Assembly (NCBI RefSeq): GCF_006345805.1
Contig: NC_043010.1
Location: forward strand, 13,764,001 to 13,828,000
From: Octopus sinensis
Taxonomy: Eukaryota
Length of the DNA stretch: 64,000 nucleotides
Direction of reading: 5' to 3'
Shown here in pieces: positions 48,818-61,793 of the stretch (the first letter of the stretch is position 1; each line of letters begins with the position of its first letter). Below the pieces are notes generated by a model. The model searched no databases and was not told the DNA's origin. It was given only the letters and a program-made list of their open reading frames with translations. Made by a program: the position numbers and the translations under genes.

Positions 48818-49010
48818 TGTGTGTTTGTCCCCCTAGCATTGCTTGACAACCGATGCTGCTGTGTTTTTATCCCCGTTACTTAGCGGTTCGGCAAAAGGGA
48901 CCGATAGAATAAGTACTGGGCTTACAAAAGAATAAGTCCCGGGGTCGAGTTGCTCGATTAAAGGCGGTGCTTCAGCAAATGACTGAAACAAGTAAAAGAG
49001 TAAAAGAGTA
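48611..49010 (+). mobile_element. SINE-A
   Basis: Near full-length homology. Confidence 0.85.
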
Positions 49011-49211
49011 TGCACACACAGGCACACACACATATCCAAAAGGATATTTCGGTTTTGCATGTCTTTGAATGGTTGTAAACTGATTGGAAACTCACGGATT
49101 GAAGACTTTTGTTGTAGGACTTCTCCATTACGATCTGGTCTAGGGTACTAGTTCTTTAAGGGTTTTATTTTTAGCACATCACTGCCAAGGTCATGCAGGA
49201 GCACTGCCTTC

Positions 49212-49664
49212 GGATCTTTTCGGTTTGAACGGCAGTTTTTTCTAGCGGTGTCATATGAAATTGTCACCCATAATTATGACCCTAGTATCGATCTCTTGCA
49301 TTTCAATCTGTATTAGGGTTAGGGTTAGAGTTAGGGTTAGTTAGGGTTAGGGTTAGGGTTAGGGGTGGGGCGAAGGGTATCTTTTTTTCTTCACAAATGT
49401 AAATAAACCCAATCTGTTTCTTAAATGAGGGACATATTCATACGGCACAGAATTTTTTTTTACCTCAATAGACGTCATTGATTGGTTGAAATTGCAGAAA
49501 TTGAAGAAAAAAAAACAACAAATATCTTACAAACTATAGAATTTTCTCAATAAAGCCAAGAGAAAAAGATGTTTTATAAACACATTCTACCAGTATACGA
49601 AGTTTAAAAGTGTTCAGTTACCTAGAAATTATGTTAAAAACTGCCGTTCAAACCGAAAAGATCC
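49212..49664. mobile_element. TIR MITE with perfect 8-bp TSD
   Basis: TSD CTGCCTTC at 49204-49211 and 49665-49672. Confidence 0.9.
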
Positions 49665-50413
49665 CTGCCTTCTAATTAATCAACAACAGAGACACCAAAC
49701 ATTACCATAGGCACAGGCCTGGCGGTGTGGTAAGAAACGTGCTTTCTAATCACATGGTTCCGGGTTCAGTCTCTCTGTGTGACACCTTGGGTCTTCTACT
49801 GTAACCCCAGCGCGACCAAAGCTTTGAGAGTCGACTTGGTAGACGGAAACTGATAGAAACCCGTCGTGTGCGTGCATGTGCGTGTGTAAGTGTGTGTGTG
49901 TGTGTATGTGCGCACGCGCGCGTGTGTGTGTGTCTGAGATTGTCCCTCACCACCGCTTGACAACCGGTGTTTGTGTGTTTCCGTTCCCATAACTTAGCAT
50001 TTCGGCAAAAAGAGAGACCAATAGAATAAGTACCTGACTTAACAGAAAATAAATACTGGGGTCGATTCATTCGACTAAAAGTTCTTCGGGGCGGTGCCCC
50101 AGCATGGCCGCAATCTAATGTCTAAAACAAGTAAAAGATAAAAGATTGGCAGTAAGGATTAGTCAAGGACGTCACTCTAAGTCCTCATCAGTCTTTCCAT
50201 ACCATCGACGCATCACCAACACCATCCACCAAAGGAGTCTCTACGGGGTCTCTCAATCTGCTAGAAATAGCTGTCGAATTCCTGACTTAACCTTTTGCCT
50301 GTCCCAAGCATGTTCGTAAGTTTGTCGTAAACATCCATGCTTGTTTGCAGACTTTTAGTAAGCCCTTGTTTCGACCCCTTACGATTATGAATGACCATCG
50401 GATTGCACCTAGG

Positions 50414-50801
50414 GATGGAAGCACTCCGTCGGTTACGACGACGAGGGTTCCGGTTGATCCGAATCAACGGAACAGCCTGCTCGTGAAATTAACGTATAAG
50501 TGGCTGAGCACTCCACAGACACGTGCACACTTAATGTAGTTCTCGGGGATATTCAGCGTGACACAGAGAGTGACAAGGCCGGTCCCTTGAAATACAGGTA
50601 CAACAGAAACAGGAAGTAAGAGTGAGAGAAAGTTGTGGTGAAAGAGTACAGCAGGGATCACCACCATCCCCTGCCGGAGCCTCGTGGAGCTTTTAGGTGT
50701 TTTCACTCAATAAACACTCACAACGCCCGGTCTGGGAATCGAAACCGTGATCCTATGACCGCGAGTCCGCTGCCCTAACCACTGGGCCATTGCGCCTCCT
50801 T
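50414..50801 (-). mobile_element. SINE-C nested in another SINE, 13-bp TSD
   Basis: TSD GATTGCACCTAGG at 50401-50413 and 50802-50814; host SINE head at about 51107. Confidence 0.88.
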
Positions 50802-51192
50802 GATTGCACCTAGGAAGCTACCCTCCGAGGCACAAGTCCGGGCAAGGTTGTTCATGGAAGACCAGCAGTCGCCCCATGCATACCAGCCATCCCTCTCCAC
50901 ACCACCAATGTTATCCAAGGAAAAGGCAAAGGCTGACACAACTTGGTACCAGTGACATCGCAGTTCATTTCTACAGGTGAGTGAACTTAAGCAACGTAAA
51001 ATAAAGCGTCTTGCTAAAGAGCACATCACACAGCCCGGTCCGGAAATCGAACTCACTACCTCATGATTGTGAGCCCGACGTTCTAACCACTGAGCCATGC
51101 GCCTTCACTTCTGTGTAATATAAAGCTACTTCATGTAAGTCCCAAGTTACTCTGGTGGATGACGAAAAGTTCAGAATATGTATTATATATGA

Positions 51193-51507
51193 CTAGCACT
51201 ATGGTAATGTTTGGTGCTAGTGCATGCAAATACAGCTGCGTGCGTGCGCACATACACGCGAGTACTGTCCAAATCTCCGACCAATCACATACAGCTAGCT
51301 GGCATTCAATTTGCGTATCAAGTTTTGGGCATTTTGATTGGGTTTTGGATAGAAAATTCACAAAAAAAGTCACTTCTATTGATTTTTTTAATGGCTTTGC
51401 GGGGTGACTGGGGAAATGTAAAAGATGTGCACGACCACCCTTGGACAGTTTTGAATGACCATAGAAAGTGCAAGCCCTCTAACTGAAAAATTGTGGATTT
51501 GTATAAA

Positions 51508-51538
<31 letters not shown>

Positions 51539-51562
51539 TTTTGCCGTTTATATATATAGAGA
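51193..51562 (-). mobile_element. Non-autonomous Helitron
   Basis: Same family; A|TC and CTAG|T termini on the minus strand. Confidence 0.78.
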
Positions 51563-51723
51563 TGCATGGAGAGCAGGGAAATATGTGGAACACAGGACAA
51601 GCAAAGGGGACAAAGACATGCTTGGAAAAAAAAACCTGGTGCTCACAGTATGATTGGATGGTCAAGTTTACTAAGCCTTTTATTCTTATATCATATGACT
51701 GTTCGATCAGGACTGACCTATGG

Positions 51724-52190
51724 TTCAACAACAACAACAACAACAGCAACAACAACAACAACAGCTGAGTCTCGGCTGATTGTTCCACACAAAACAGAAA
51801 TTAGTATTGATCAACACATCAATATCTACATTACATTTTAGTATCTGTTGCTAGTGTTAGTGAGGAATGGGGGGAGTTCTGTGGAGGTGGTGGTGGTGGT
51901 GGTGGTAGTTGTAGTAGTAGCAGCAGCAGTAGCACCAGCAGGAGTAGTAGTAGTGGTAGTGGTTGTAGTATCAGTGGCATTGTTGTTAGTGTTGAGGTTT
52001 GTTGTTGTTGTTGTGGTGGTGTTGGTGGTGTTGGTGCTTGATTTGGTTGTTTAGCGGCGGTATCGTTCGTTGTTGTTGCTGTGATGCTATTCTTGGTGGT
52101 TGAGGGTGATGATGATGATGATGATGGTAGTGGTGACAGTTGTTGTTGTTGGTGGTGGTAGTAGTGGTAGTGCTGCTGTTGTTGCTGTTG
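51724..52190. repeat. Mixed trinucleotide repeats (AAC, GGT, GTT, GAT)
   Basis: Direct inspection. Confidence 0.9.
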
Positions 52191-52505
52191 AGCGAACAGT
52201 CTTCGTCCCAGAGCTCGCAAGATGGGAGAAGTCCAAAACATGATCCTTTGCTATTCGTAAGACCCGCAGAAGAGAAAGCAGGTCAACCCCCGACACCGAG
52301 AACATCGACGGATGGATGAATGCGCATCCAGGCTCAGCGGTTGCGTAGGAAGTCGGGGGACAAGAAACAGGAAGAAAGAGTGAGAGAAAGTTGGAGCGAA
52401 AGAGTACAACAGGGTTCGCCACCCCCACCCCCTGCCAGAGCCTCGTGGAGCTTTAGGTGTTTTCGCTCAATAAACACACACAATCGAAACCGCGATCCTC
52501 CGACC
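52190..52505 (-). mobile_element. SINE-C body with alternative tail 4, head truncated
   Basis: Shares body to CTCTTTCTTCCTGTTTC, then diverges. Confidence 0.65.
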
Positions 52506-53647
52506 GTTATCGACTGTTGTTATCGTTATTGTTTCCATCTACAAATACATGGTTGCTGTCTTTGCTTATATTTCTTTCCACCCATTTAACCTATACACTT
52601 TCCCACTGCATAACATCCACCCCACACTCAGGCTGTAGTTTCTCTGTTCCTCACCCTCTCTCTCTCATCCTCTCTGTCCATCTAAGTATACCCCTACAAC
52701 ATTTTCCTATACCACGCATCCCTCCGACAATGCCCTAACTACGTCAAACCATAATCCTTCCACTCTCTAGCTATACTCTTTCTACCTGTTTAACTATACT
52801 CTTTCTTTCCATCTGAGTATTTTCCCCTCTTGCCCTTTAACTATACATCTCTTCTCATCACAAGATACTCCTCCCCCATCAACTAACCAAATCTTCACCT
52901 ACCCTCCACATTTATCTATTTATCATACACCTCCCCATCGACATATATCCCCTCCTCCGACTAAGTATCCCTCTTCCCCAACTTGCCAACAAAATAAATA
53001 CATTTTTCATCCAACAAAAATAAATATAATTTCACCTGCCTCTCTGTCAATTCGAACCCGCTTCCTCGAGTTCGGAAATATTCGTCTTTTTTTTTCTTTG
53101 TTAAGGGCTGGCTGGAGTATACAGTCTATTAAATGGACTACACTGACGTTACCCAATTCCATCAAGTACAAGGCTTCAGCAATAATCCTTTCTACTGTAG
53201 GCACACGCCCTGGCATTTGAGGGGAGGGGTATAGTCGTGCACATCGACCCCAGTACATGACAGGTACTTAATTTATCGACCCCGAAAGGATGAAAGGAAA
53301 AATCGATCTCGGCATAAGGCCTCCGCAATAATGAAGCCTTCGTGGAAATACTCTACCATTCAACACCTGTCGGTTCATTTGAAATTGGCTACGAAATAAT
53401 TTCAAATTCTGGATCAAGGCCAGATATTTTAAAGGAACTGGTAAGTCGATTACCATCGACCCGAATGTGCAATATTGTACTCATATCATAGATTCCGAAA
53501 GGTTGAAACAAAGTTGACCTCAACGAAATTTGAACACAGACCCAAAGAACCAGAAGAAATGTCGCATTTTGTCTGATTCATTAGTTAGCCACCTTAAAAA
53601 ATGATTATTAAATGATCTGGTATTTCTATAATCTCCTCCGATGTTTT

Positions 53648-53967
53648 GTGAAGACGCCTGGCTTAGTGGTTAGGGTATTCGGGTCACGATCGTAAAGTCG
53701 TGAGTTCAATTCCTGGCGGCGAGTTATATCCTTGAGCAAGACACTGTATTTCACGTTGCTCCAGTCCACTCAGCTGGCAAAAATGAGTTGTACCTGTATT
53801 TTAAAGGGCCGGCCTTGTCACACTCTGTGTCACGCTGAATCTCCCTGAAAACTACGTTAAGAGTACGCATGTCTGTGGAGGGCTCAGCCATTTGCCTGTT
53901 AATTTCACGAGCAGGCTATTCTGTTGATCGGATCAACTGGAACACTCATCGTCGTAACCGACGGAGA
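53648..53967 (+). mobile_element. Chimeric SINE: different tRNA head and CORE-like body with the SINE-C standard tail
   Basis: CCTTGAGCAAGACAC body, then TTGTACCTGTATTT...CCGACGGAG tail. Confidence 0.65.
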
Positions 53968-54191
53968 ATCAAACCAAGACTCCAATGTTTTACCGACCAT
54001 GTTTTTTCTGGTTCTGCCACGAGTATTTATCTTCAGGAGTTTTACTTTTCCTTTGTGAATTTGTAGTCCAAATTTCCTCGGTGCTGCCGTCTTGTCCTGT
54101 TACTGTCGCTGACTGTGAAGCATTAACGATAGGTCGTCAGCAAAATCCGTTCATTTTTATAATTTGTTTATTTATTTTTCTTAGGGAAAAT

Positions 54192-54644
54192 GGATCTTTT
54201 CGGTTTGAACGGCAGTTTTTAACATAATTTCTAGGTAACTAAAAAATTTTAAACTTCGTATACTGCTGGAATGTGTTTATAAAACATCTTTTTCTCTTGG
54301 CTTTATTGAGAAAATTTTATAGTTTGTAAGATATTTGTTGTTGTTTTCTTCAATTTCTGCAATTTCAACCAATCAATGACGTCCATTGAGGTAAACAACA
54401 TTCTGTGCCGTATGAATATGTCCCTCGTTTAAGAAACAGATTGGGTTTATTTACATTTGTGAAGAAAAAAGATACCCTCCCCCCACCCCTAACCCTAACC
54501 CTAACTAACCCTAACTAACCCTAACTCTAACCCTAACCCTAATACAGATTGAAATGCAATAGATCGATACTAGGATCATAATTATGGGTGACAATTTCAT
54601 ATGACACCGCTAGAAAAAAACTGCTATTCAAACCGAAAAGATCC
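54192..54644. mobile_element. TIR MITE with perfect 8-bp TSD
   Basis: TSD GGGAAAAT at 54184-54191 and 54645-54652. Confidence 0.9.
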
Positions 54645-55190
54645 GGGAAAATGAATTTCAAGTGCGAAAAACAGAACGACGTCTAGCATATATGTCTTCT
54701 GCTGGTGATACTGTTGTTAATGTCCAAATCTCAAGGAGAAAAAAACGTAATTGTTTCCATGCAAGCTTTGAAAATCAGTATATTTTAGTTCTATCACTGT
54801 GTGAACAACTCCAAATAAAGTAAAGTTTACGCGCTATTACCCATGATAATTGCCAATGCCACATTTAAGGTAACAAAATCCTGTGAACAACTGGTAGAGA
54901 GAGAGAGAGAGGGGGGGGAGTGAGAGAGAGAATGAAAGAGAATGAGAGAGGGAGAGAGGGGAGGAGAGAAAGAGAGAGAGAGAAGCTGGTAACACATGTT
55001 GACTGACATGTGTTACAGATTTACAGACTCAAACACAACAGACAATCTGACTGTGGCAGACAGACGATCTTCAAAACAGAATAGACAGATCAATAGAGAC
55101 ACAGACAGACAGAGAGATCTATAGGCAAAGAGACAGAAGGACACAGAAAAACAGAGATCGATAAACCGACATAAGTGCATTAAACACATA

Positions 55191-55582
55191 TCTCTATATA
55201 TAAACGGCAAAATGTGTGTGTGTGTGTGTGTGTGTGTGTTGTGTGTGTGTGTGTGTGTGTCTGTGTGTCTGTGTGTGTGTCCTTTATACGAATCCACAAT
55301 TTTTCAGTTAGAGGGCTCGCACTTTCTATGGTCATTCAAAACCGTCCAAGGGTGGTCGTGCACATCTTTTACATTTCCTCAGTCACTCCGCAAAGCCATT
55401 AAAAAATCAATAGAAGTAACTTTTTTGTGAATTTTCTATCCAAAACCCAATCAAAATGCCCGAAACTTGATATGCCAATTGAATGCCAGCTAGCTGTATG
55501 TGATTGGTCGGAGATTTGGACAGTACTCGCGTGTATGTGCGCACGCACGCAGCTGCATATGCATGCCGGGTCATAGTGCTAG
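55191..55582 (+). mobile_element. Non-autonomous Helitron
   Basis: A|TC 5' end (TCTCTATATATAAACGGC), CTAG|T 3' end, internal (TG)n; no TSD. Confidence 0.78.
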
Positions 55583-55600
55583 TAATAGAATAAAATGATA

Positions 55601-56018
55601 GGCGCAGGAGTGGCTGTGTGGTAAGTAGCTTGCTAACCAACCACATGGTTCAGGGTTCAGTCCCACAGCGTGGCACCTTGGGCAAGTGTCTTCTACTATA
55701 GCCCCGGGCCAACCAATGCCTTGTGAGTGGATTTGGTAGACGGAAACGGAAAGAAGCCCGTCGTATATATGTATATATATATATGCGTGTGTGTGTTTGT
55801 GTGTCTGTGTTTGTCCCCCTAGCATTGCTTGACAACCGATGCTGGCGTGTTTATGTCCCCGTCACTTAGGGGTTCGGCAAAAGAGACCAATAGAATAAGT
55901 ACTGGGCTTACAAAGAATAAGTCCTTAGGTCTAGTTGCTCGACTAAAGGCGGTGCTCCAGCATGGCCGCAGTCAAATGACTGAAACAAGTAAAAGAGTAA
56001 AAAAGAGAGTAAAGAGTA
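55601..56018 (+). mobile_element. SINE-A
   Basis: Full-length homology. Confidence 0.85.
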
Positions 56019-57016
56019 TCGAATCAGATTATGGCAGTTATATATTTATACAGCACAATAAGAGAAACGAATGCGCAGAGGAATATAAATTACAACAGAT
56101 CAGTAAATGTTCCACTAAGGAATGTTCATAATGGTTGCAACATACACTGGTATACTCCAAAAAATAGCGATCGGTAAGTCTGTAGTGTTGATATGTCAGT
56201 TCGGTAGGTGGAAGCATGTCATCACAGACATAACCCCAAAACTAGAAGAGAAGAAGGAAGAATGTGTGCAGATTATTCCTTTACAGCTGTTTCGAAAATA
56301 GATGCATTATTGATGCAATTCTCTACAAGTTGCCTGTAGTCTATTGTGCTAGTCTATTCCATCTTTCGGGGGGAAAGTACATTAGGACTCGGTAGGGAAT
56401 GAATATACATGAGGGGTGATAGCTGTTAAGAAGTGAGCATAAAGAAAAGGAGATTAATTAAGGTGGAAAAAAAAAGAACTGGAGAAAGATACAAATATAC
56501 AAACTTACATGCATATATACATTCATACGTAAGCACATACATATATGCAAACAGGTTGGCGGACAGACAAGCCAATAGACAGACAGACAGACAGACACAG
56601 ACAGAGAGTCGGGCGGAGATTGTCAATCAGGCAGACTTACTGACGCATGCGTGGCTGTGTAGTAAGGAAATTTGCATCCCAAACACATGGTTCTGGGTTC
56701 AGTCCCGCTACGAGGGATCTTGAGCATGTGTCTTCCACTATAGCCTCGGGTCGACCAAAGACTTGTGAGTGGATTTCGTAGACGGAAACTGAAACTTGTT
56801 TTTTGTGTGTGTGTGTGTGTGGTGGTGGTGGTGGTGGGGGTGCATGTGTGTGTGTGTGTGTGTGCGCGCGCGCGCGCGTGTGTATCTTGTGTTTGTCCCC
56901 CACTACTACTTGACAACCGGTGTTGGTGTGCTTACGTCCCCGTAACTTTAGCGGTTCGGCAAAAGGGGCCGATAGAATAAGAACCAGGCTTTACAAAAGA
57001 ATAATAATAATAATAA

Positions 57017-57771
57017 ATTCTGGTTATATTGGCCACAAGGGCTAATATACATCAAAAACATGCAGGGACAAACATAGGATGATAAAAACAAAAGGTTTTG
57101 CAAAAAGAAATGGTCCGTGTAAACATTATATAACAGCAAAAAATGTAACAAGTAAAAAAAACCTCCCAATAGGGGAAGGCGCTTTGAAAGGTTACTCATC
57201 CAAGATTGTAGCTCGGTCAAAGAGACGAGCTGTGGAAAGGAGAGCCTGACGAACGGCGACCACACCTGCTCACTGTCCAGGAAACGCTTGAGATGCTGTA
57301 GCCTGAGCGCACGTCTGAGCATCAGCAACCACGGCATGCCCAGGCCTCTGTTCAGCGACTGTTGACACCAGATGGAGCGCCTGACCAGTGGTACCTGACC
57401 CTTCCACAGAAAGTCCAAGAGCAAGCGCACCAGCTTGATCAACCAGCGGCCGGGACAAGGGACAACAGTCAAGCAGTAATAGATGACGGATGCGATGTAC
57501 GCATTCGCCACCTCCGCTCGACCTTTCAGAGACATCTTCCTCTCGGCCCATTTCTGGGTGAGATTAGCCACCCCGTTTGTCACCTCGTCCCAGTTTTTCT
57601 CCACCTGGAGGTCCGGTCCGAACCAGACCCCGAGCAGTTTAACGGGACCGTCTGTCCAGCGCCCCATAACGCTGTTGGATGGCATGGACTTGCCCCTCCA
57701 AGTGCCCAGTTGCAAGCCCACCGACTTTTACGCGTTAATTTTCGCACCTGTCACCGCTTCGTACTCGCTTA
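57017..57771 (-). mobile_element. Tx1/L1-clade LINE fragment (alpha): RT C-terminal part fused directly to 3' UTR
   Basis: GLQLGTWRGK...KGRAEVANAYIASVIYY homologous to the 24.6-kb copy; jumps to 3' UTR near 57190; (ATT)n beyond the 3' end. Confidence 0.8.
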
Positions 57772-57789
57772 CCAATTCTACTATATGGC

Positions 57790-58187
57790 TCAGAAACCTG
57801 GACGTTATCAAAGAAGCTTGAGAGGCAGTTGGATGGAACCTACACCCGCCTCCTTATGAGAGCTCAAAATCTCTCGTGGAAGCGCCATCCAACCAAAATG
57901 CAAATATATGGGAAACTACCACCTGTGTCATCTCTTGTGAAAGGTAGGAGAGTCCAGTTTGCTGGACATTGTTGTAGAGCTGAAAAAGAGGTAATTTCTA
58001 CTCTTCTCCTCTGGAAGCCATCTACTCGCAATACTAGAGGGCGCACACTCTCCTACCCTGATATAATCTCCAGGGATACAGGCATCCAGCAACAGGACCT
58101 CCGTAATGCCATGATGGACCGTGAAGTCTGGCGTAGCATAGTAAATTCCATTGTCTCGACCACGGTCAAACAATGATGATGATGATA
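57790..58187 (+). mobile_element. RTE-like LINE 3' end of a second family
   Basis: LDGTYTRLLMRAQNLSWK...RRVQFAGHC...DREVWR C-terminal motif, stop, then (GAT)n. Confidence 0.7.
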
Positions 58188-58214
58188 GTGTCTCGTCATC
58201 AAAGAATAATTATT

Positions 58215-58390
58215 ACTTTCAAAGCACCTCCCCCTATTGGGAGTTCTTTCTAATTGTTATATTTTTAGCTGTTATTTGAATGTTTACACGGACTTTTCTT
58301 TTTCGCAAAACCCTTTGTACTCTTCGTCCTGTGTTGGTCCTTACATGTTTCTTGATCTATGTTAGCCCTTGTGGCCAATAAAACCAGAAT
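58215..58390 (+). mobile_element. Tx1-like 3' UTR-only module
   Basis: Homologous to the reverse complement of 57017-57190; ends GGCCAATAAAACCAGAAT then (TTA)n. Confidence 0.7.
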
Positions 58391-58411
58391 TTATTATTAT
58401 TATTATTATTA

Positions 58412-58996
58412 CTGTCACGTATAGGACGGATCCGGCTATCAGCTGAATCCATAGTGAAGATTGCCCCGCCGACCTCCTTTAACAAGGCGGGCAAGGCCGT
58501 TTTCCTGTGCCTAGTAGCTGTGGCGAAAGAGGTTGTATGGTGGACCCGTTTGAAAGGGCTAAAGTCAGACACTTTCCTCTTTGGTCAAGGCCTCATCAAC
58601 TTTTTCAAGTTTCACTTGAAAAGGAAGATGAGGTTAGAGAGGAGAGTGCTGTCCGATGGCAAGTTTTCTGAAAGGTGGGTGAATTGTGCAAGAATGGCCA
58701 GTATAAATGGACCAGTTCTCAGGTTTCGCCTGTGATTGAAAAAGGTATTAAAAAAGGAGAAAGGGGCTCTCTACCCCCCTTTTGACCAGGCTCCCGTGGC
58801 TTTTATGGGTTTTTCCACGTGAGACCTTTTCTTTTTTTCGAAGCGTCTCCTCTATTGGGAGTTTTTCGTTGTTATACTGCTTTTTACTCGTTTTTTTTTT
58901 TCACAAACGGTCAAAACCCTTTGTAACCTTTCGTCCTGTTTTGTCCCTTTATGTTTTCCAATCATGTGTGTCAGCCCTTGTGGCCAATAAAAAGAA
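58412..58996 (+). mobile_element. 5'-truncated Tx1-like LINE (alpha) 3' end
   Basis: KIAPPTSF...FLCLVAVAKEVVWWTRLKG homologous to 25.6 kb; flanked by (TTA)n on both sides. Confidence 0.8.
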
Positions 58997-59289
58997 TTAA
59001 TTATTATTATTATTATTATTAATCACTGGGGTCGATTTGTTCGAATAAAAATTTATTCAAGGCGATGCCCAAGCATGGCCGCTATCTGATGACTGAAACA
59101 AGTAAAAGATAAAAAAATACAAGATCTAATCAGCCAACCAGACAGACAGACCAATAGACAAGGCAGACAGGCGGACAGAGAGACAAACCAATAAGCAGAC
59201 ATACAAACAGACCAATAGACAAGGAGACAGACAAATCAACAGCCAGACAGACAGACTCACTGGCCGACAGACAGACAGACGGACGGACG

Positions 59290-59343
<54 letters not shown>

Positions 59344-59449
59344 TAAAGACAATAGTCTATTTGTTATTGCAGCCTTCATGCCCCAGTTACCATAGTAACA
59401 GTTCAACTAATTTACCAACTAATTTCCAACCAATCATTTCATTTAGTTA

Positions 59450-60793
59450 TCTTGTTGTGGTTGGTGATGATGATGATGATGTTAGTGGTGGTGGTGCTGG
59501 TTGTGGTGGTAGTGGTGGTGGTGGTGCTGGATGTTGTTCGTGCTGATAGTACTGGTGACCGTGTTGGTAGTGGTGGTTGCGGTGGAAATTGCACTAGTGC
59601 TGTTGATATTGGTAATGTTGTAGTGGTACTTGGTAGTGTGTAGGTGGTGGTGGTTGTAGTGGTGGTTGAAGTGGTGGCAGAGGTGGTATTTGTAGTGGAA
59701 TTAGTGATGGTGATAGTGATGCTTGTTGTTGCTGGTGGTGGTGGTGGTGCTAGTGGTGGTGGTGGTGGTGGTGGTGGTGGTGGTGGTGGTGGTGATGGTG
59801 GTGGTGATGGCGGCGGCGGTGGTGATGGGATGTGGGGGTGGGGTGGTGGTACTGCTGCTGCTGCCGCTGATGATGATGATGATGTTGGTTAAGGGGGGTG
59901 GGGTGGGGTGGAAATGATAATGTTGAAAATGGTGATAATGCAGTAATACTTTTCTTGCCGTTGGTATCAGCGATAGAGGCGGCGGCGGTGGTGGTGGTGG
60001 TGGTGGTGATGGTGGTGATGGTGGTGGTGGTGGGTGGTGGTGTGGTGGTGGTGGTGGCGGTGGTGGTGGTGGTGGTGGTGGTGGTGGTGTGGTGGTGGTG
60101 GCGGTGGTGGTGGTGGTGGTGGTGGTGGTGGTGGTGGTGGTGGTGGTGGTGGTGGTGGTTGTGGTGGTGGTGGTGTGGTGGTGGTGGTTGTGGTGGTGGT
60201 GGTGGCGGTGGTGGTGGGGCGGCGGTGGTGGTGGTGGTGGTGGTGGTGGTGGTGGTGGTGGTGGTGGTGGTGGTGGTGGGGCGGCGGTGGTGGTGGTGGT
60301 GGTGGTGGTGGTGGTGGTGGTGGTGGTGAATGCGAAGACAGGATGGGTGCAGATATATATATACAGGCGGAAGCTGGGGGTGGCTTCAGATGTCTCTCTA
60401 ACGTTTGTTTATCAAACAGATGTCGGATGGAGAAGATAACCGACGAAGGAAGGAAGGAAGGAAGGAAAGGGTGTGGGAGTGGGTAGGATGAGTTTTGTTC
60501 GGGTAGGAACAATCGGGGACGGTTGGCTGGCTGGCTGTCTGGCTGGTTGGACGGTTGGACGGTAGTGGTTATAATGATGATAATCGTTATAGTGGTTGTT
60601 GCTGTGGTGATGCTGGTGGTGGTGGTAGTGGTGGTGGTAGTGGTAGTGGTGGTGGTGATGGTGGTGGATGATGATGATGCTGCTGATGTTGATGACGATG
60701 ATGATGATGATGATGATGATGATAATAATGATGGTGATGATGGTGGTGGTGATGATGATGATGATGATGGTGGTGATGGTGATGATGGTGGTG

Positions 60794-60847
<54 letters not shown>

Positions 60848-61110
60848 TGATGATAATGTTAGTAGTGGTGATTGTTGTTGTTGTGGTGGTGGTTGTGGTG
60901 GTGGTGGTGATTGTTGTTGTGGTGGTGGTTGTTGTGGTGGTTGCGGTGGTGGTGGTGGTTGTGGTGGTGGTTGTGGTGGTGGTGGTTGCGGTGGTGGTGG
61001 TGGTTGTGGTGGTGGTTGTGGCGGTTGTGGTGGTGGTTGTAGTGGTGGTTGTGGTGGTGGTTGTGGTGGTGGCGGTGGTTGTGATGATAGTCGTGGTGGT
61101 GGTGATGTGA
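59450..61110. repeat. About 1.6-kb (GGT)n/(GAT)n/(GTT)n trinucleotide domain interrupted by a short unique block
   Basis: Direct inspection. Confidence 0.95.
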
Positions 61111-61158
61111 AGCATTGTTGCTGTTTAGTCGGAGGTCAGCTGTTACCGAGCCCAGCCT

Positions 61159-61192
<34 letters not shown>

Positions 61193-61793
61193 CGTAATTT
61201 CTGTAGTCACGAGAACGACTGAAACGCCATCTATAGATCCAGTCTAGCAGATAAATTATACTTTCTTCTTCTCTCAGCATATTTAAATATGTTTTTAATC
61301 ACAAGATTCATGCATTTGTATGTGCAACTGCATCATATTTCAATAGGATAAACTCCGGGATGCACGGAGACAAGTGAAGATGGACGTCGGTTCGAATAGT
61401 CATAAGTAGAGAGCCTCCGAGATATATTTTTTAAGGTGGTGAAAAACGTTAAATATTATTTGCAGAGGGTCTCCTTCATCGAAAACCGGTGTTTACCATG
61501 CGTTGACGAGAGGCAATTACCTTGAAACTATAGTCCGTATGTATCACTTAGGCTTTCGAGGGAGGATGACCTCCCTTTGCAAATAACACAAGGGCACTGG
61601 AATTTTGTGTCTAAAGTCCATCTGGTGACGTTGATCGCCTGGGGCTAAAAGTATCAGTAACACCCCAAACCCCAGTGGCTAGCCACATTCAGATGGCTAG
61701 TACCCCTTACGTTAAAATTACTTTGTGTTTTGCAGGGAAAGCTTCTCTCAAATATTGAAGAAGTTATGAGAAGTTAATCGTTTTGATTTATAT

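Noticed and set aside
49305-49365. (TTAGGG)n as a telomere or fusion scar
   Set aside because: Short tracts located inside a repeated MITE.
59967-61115. 382-aa and overlapping poly-T/H/P/V/W ORFs
   Set aside because: They are translations of trinucleotide repeats lacking stops; no domain content.
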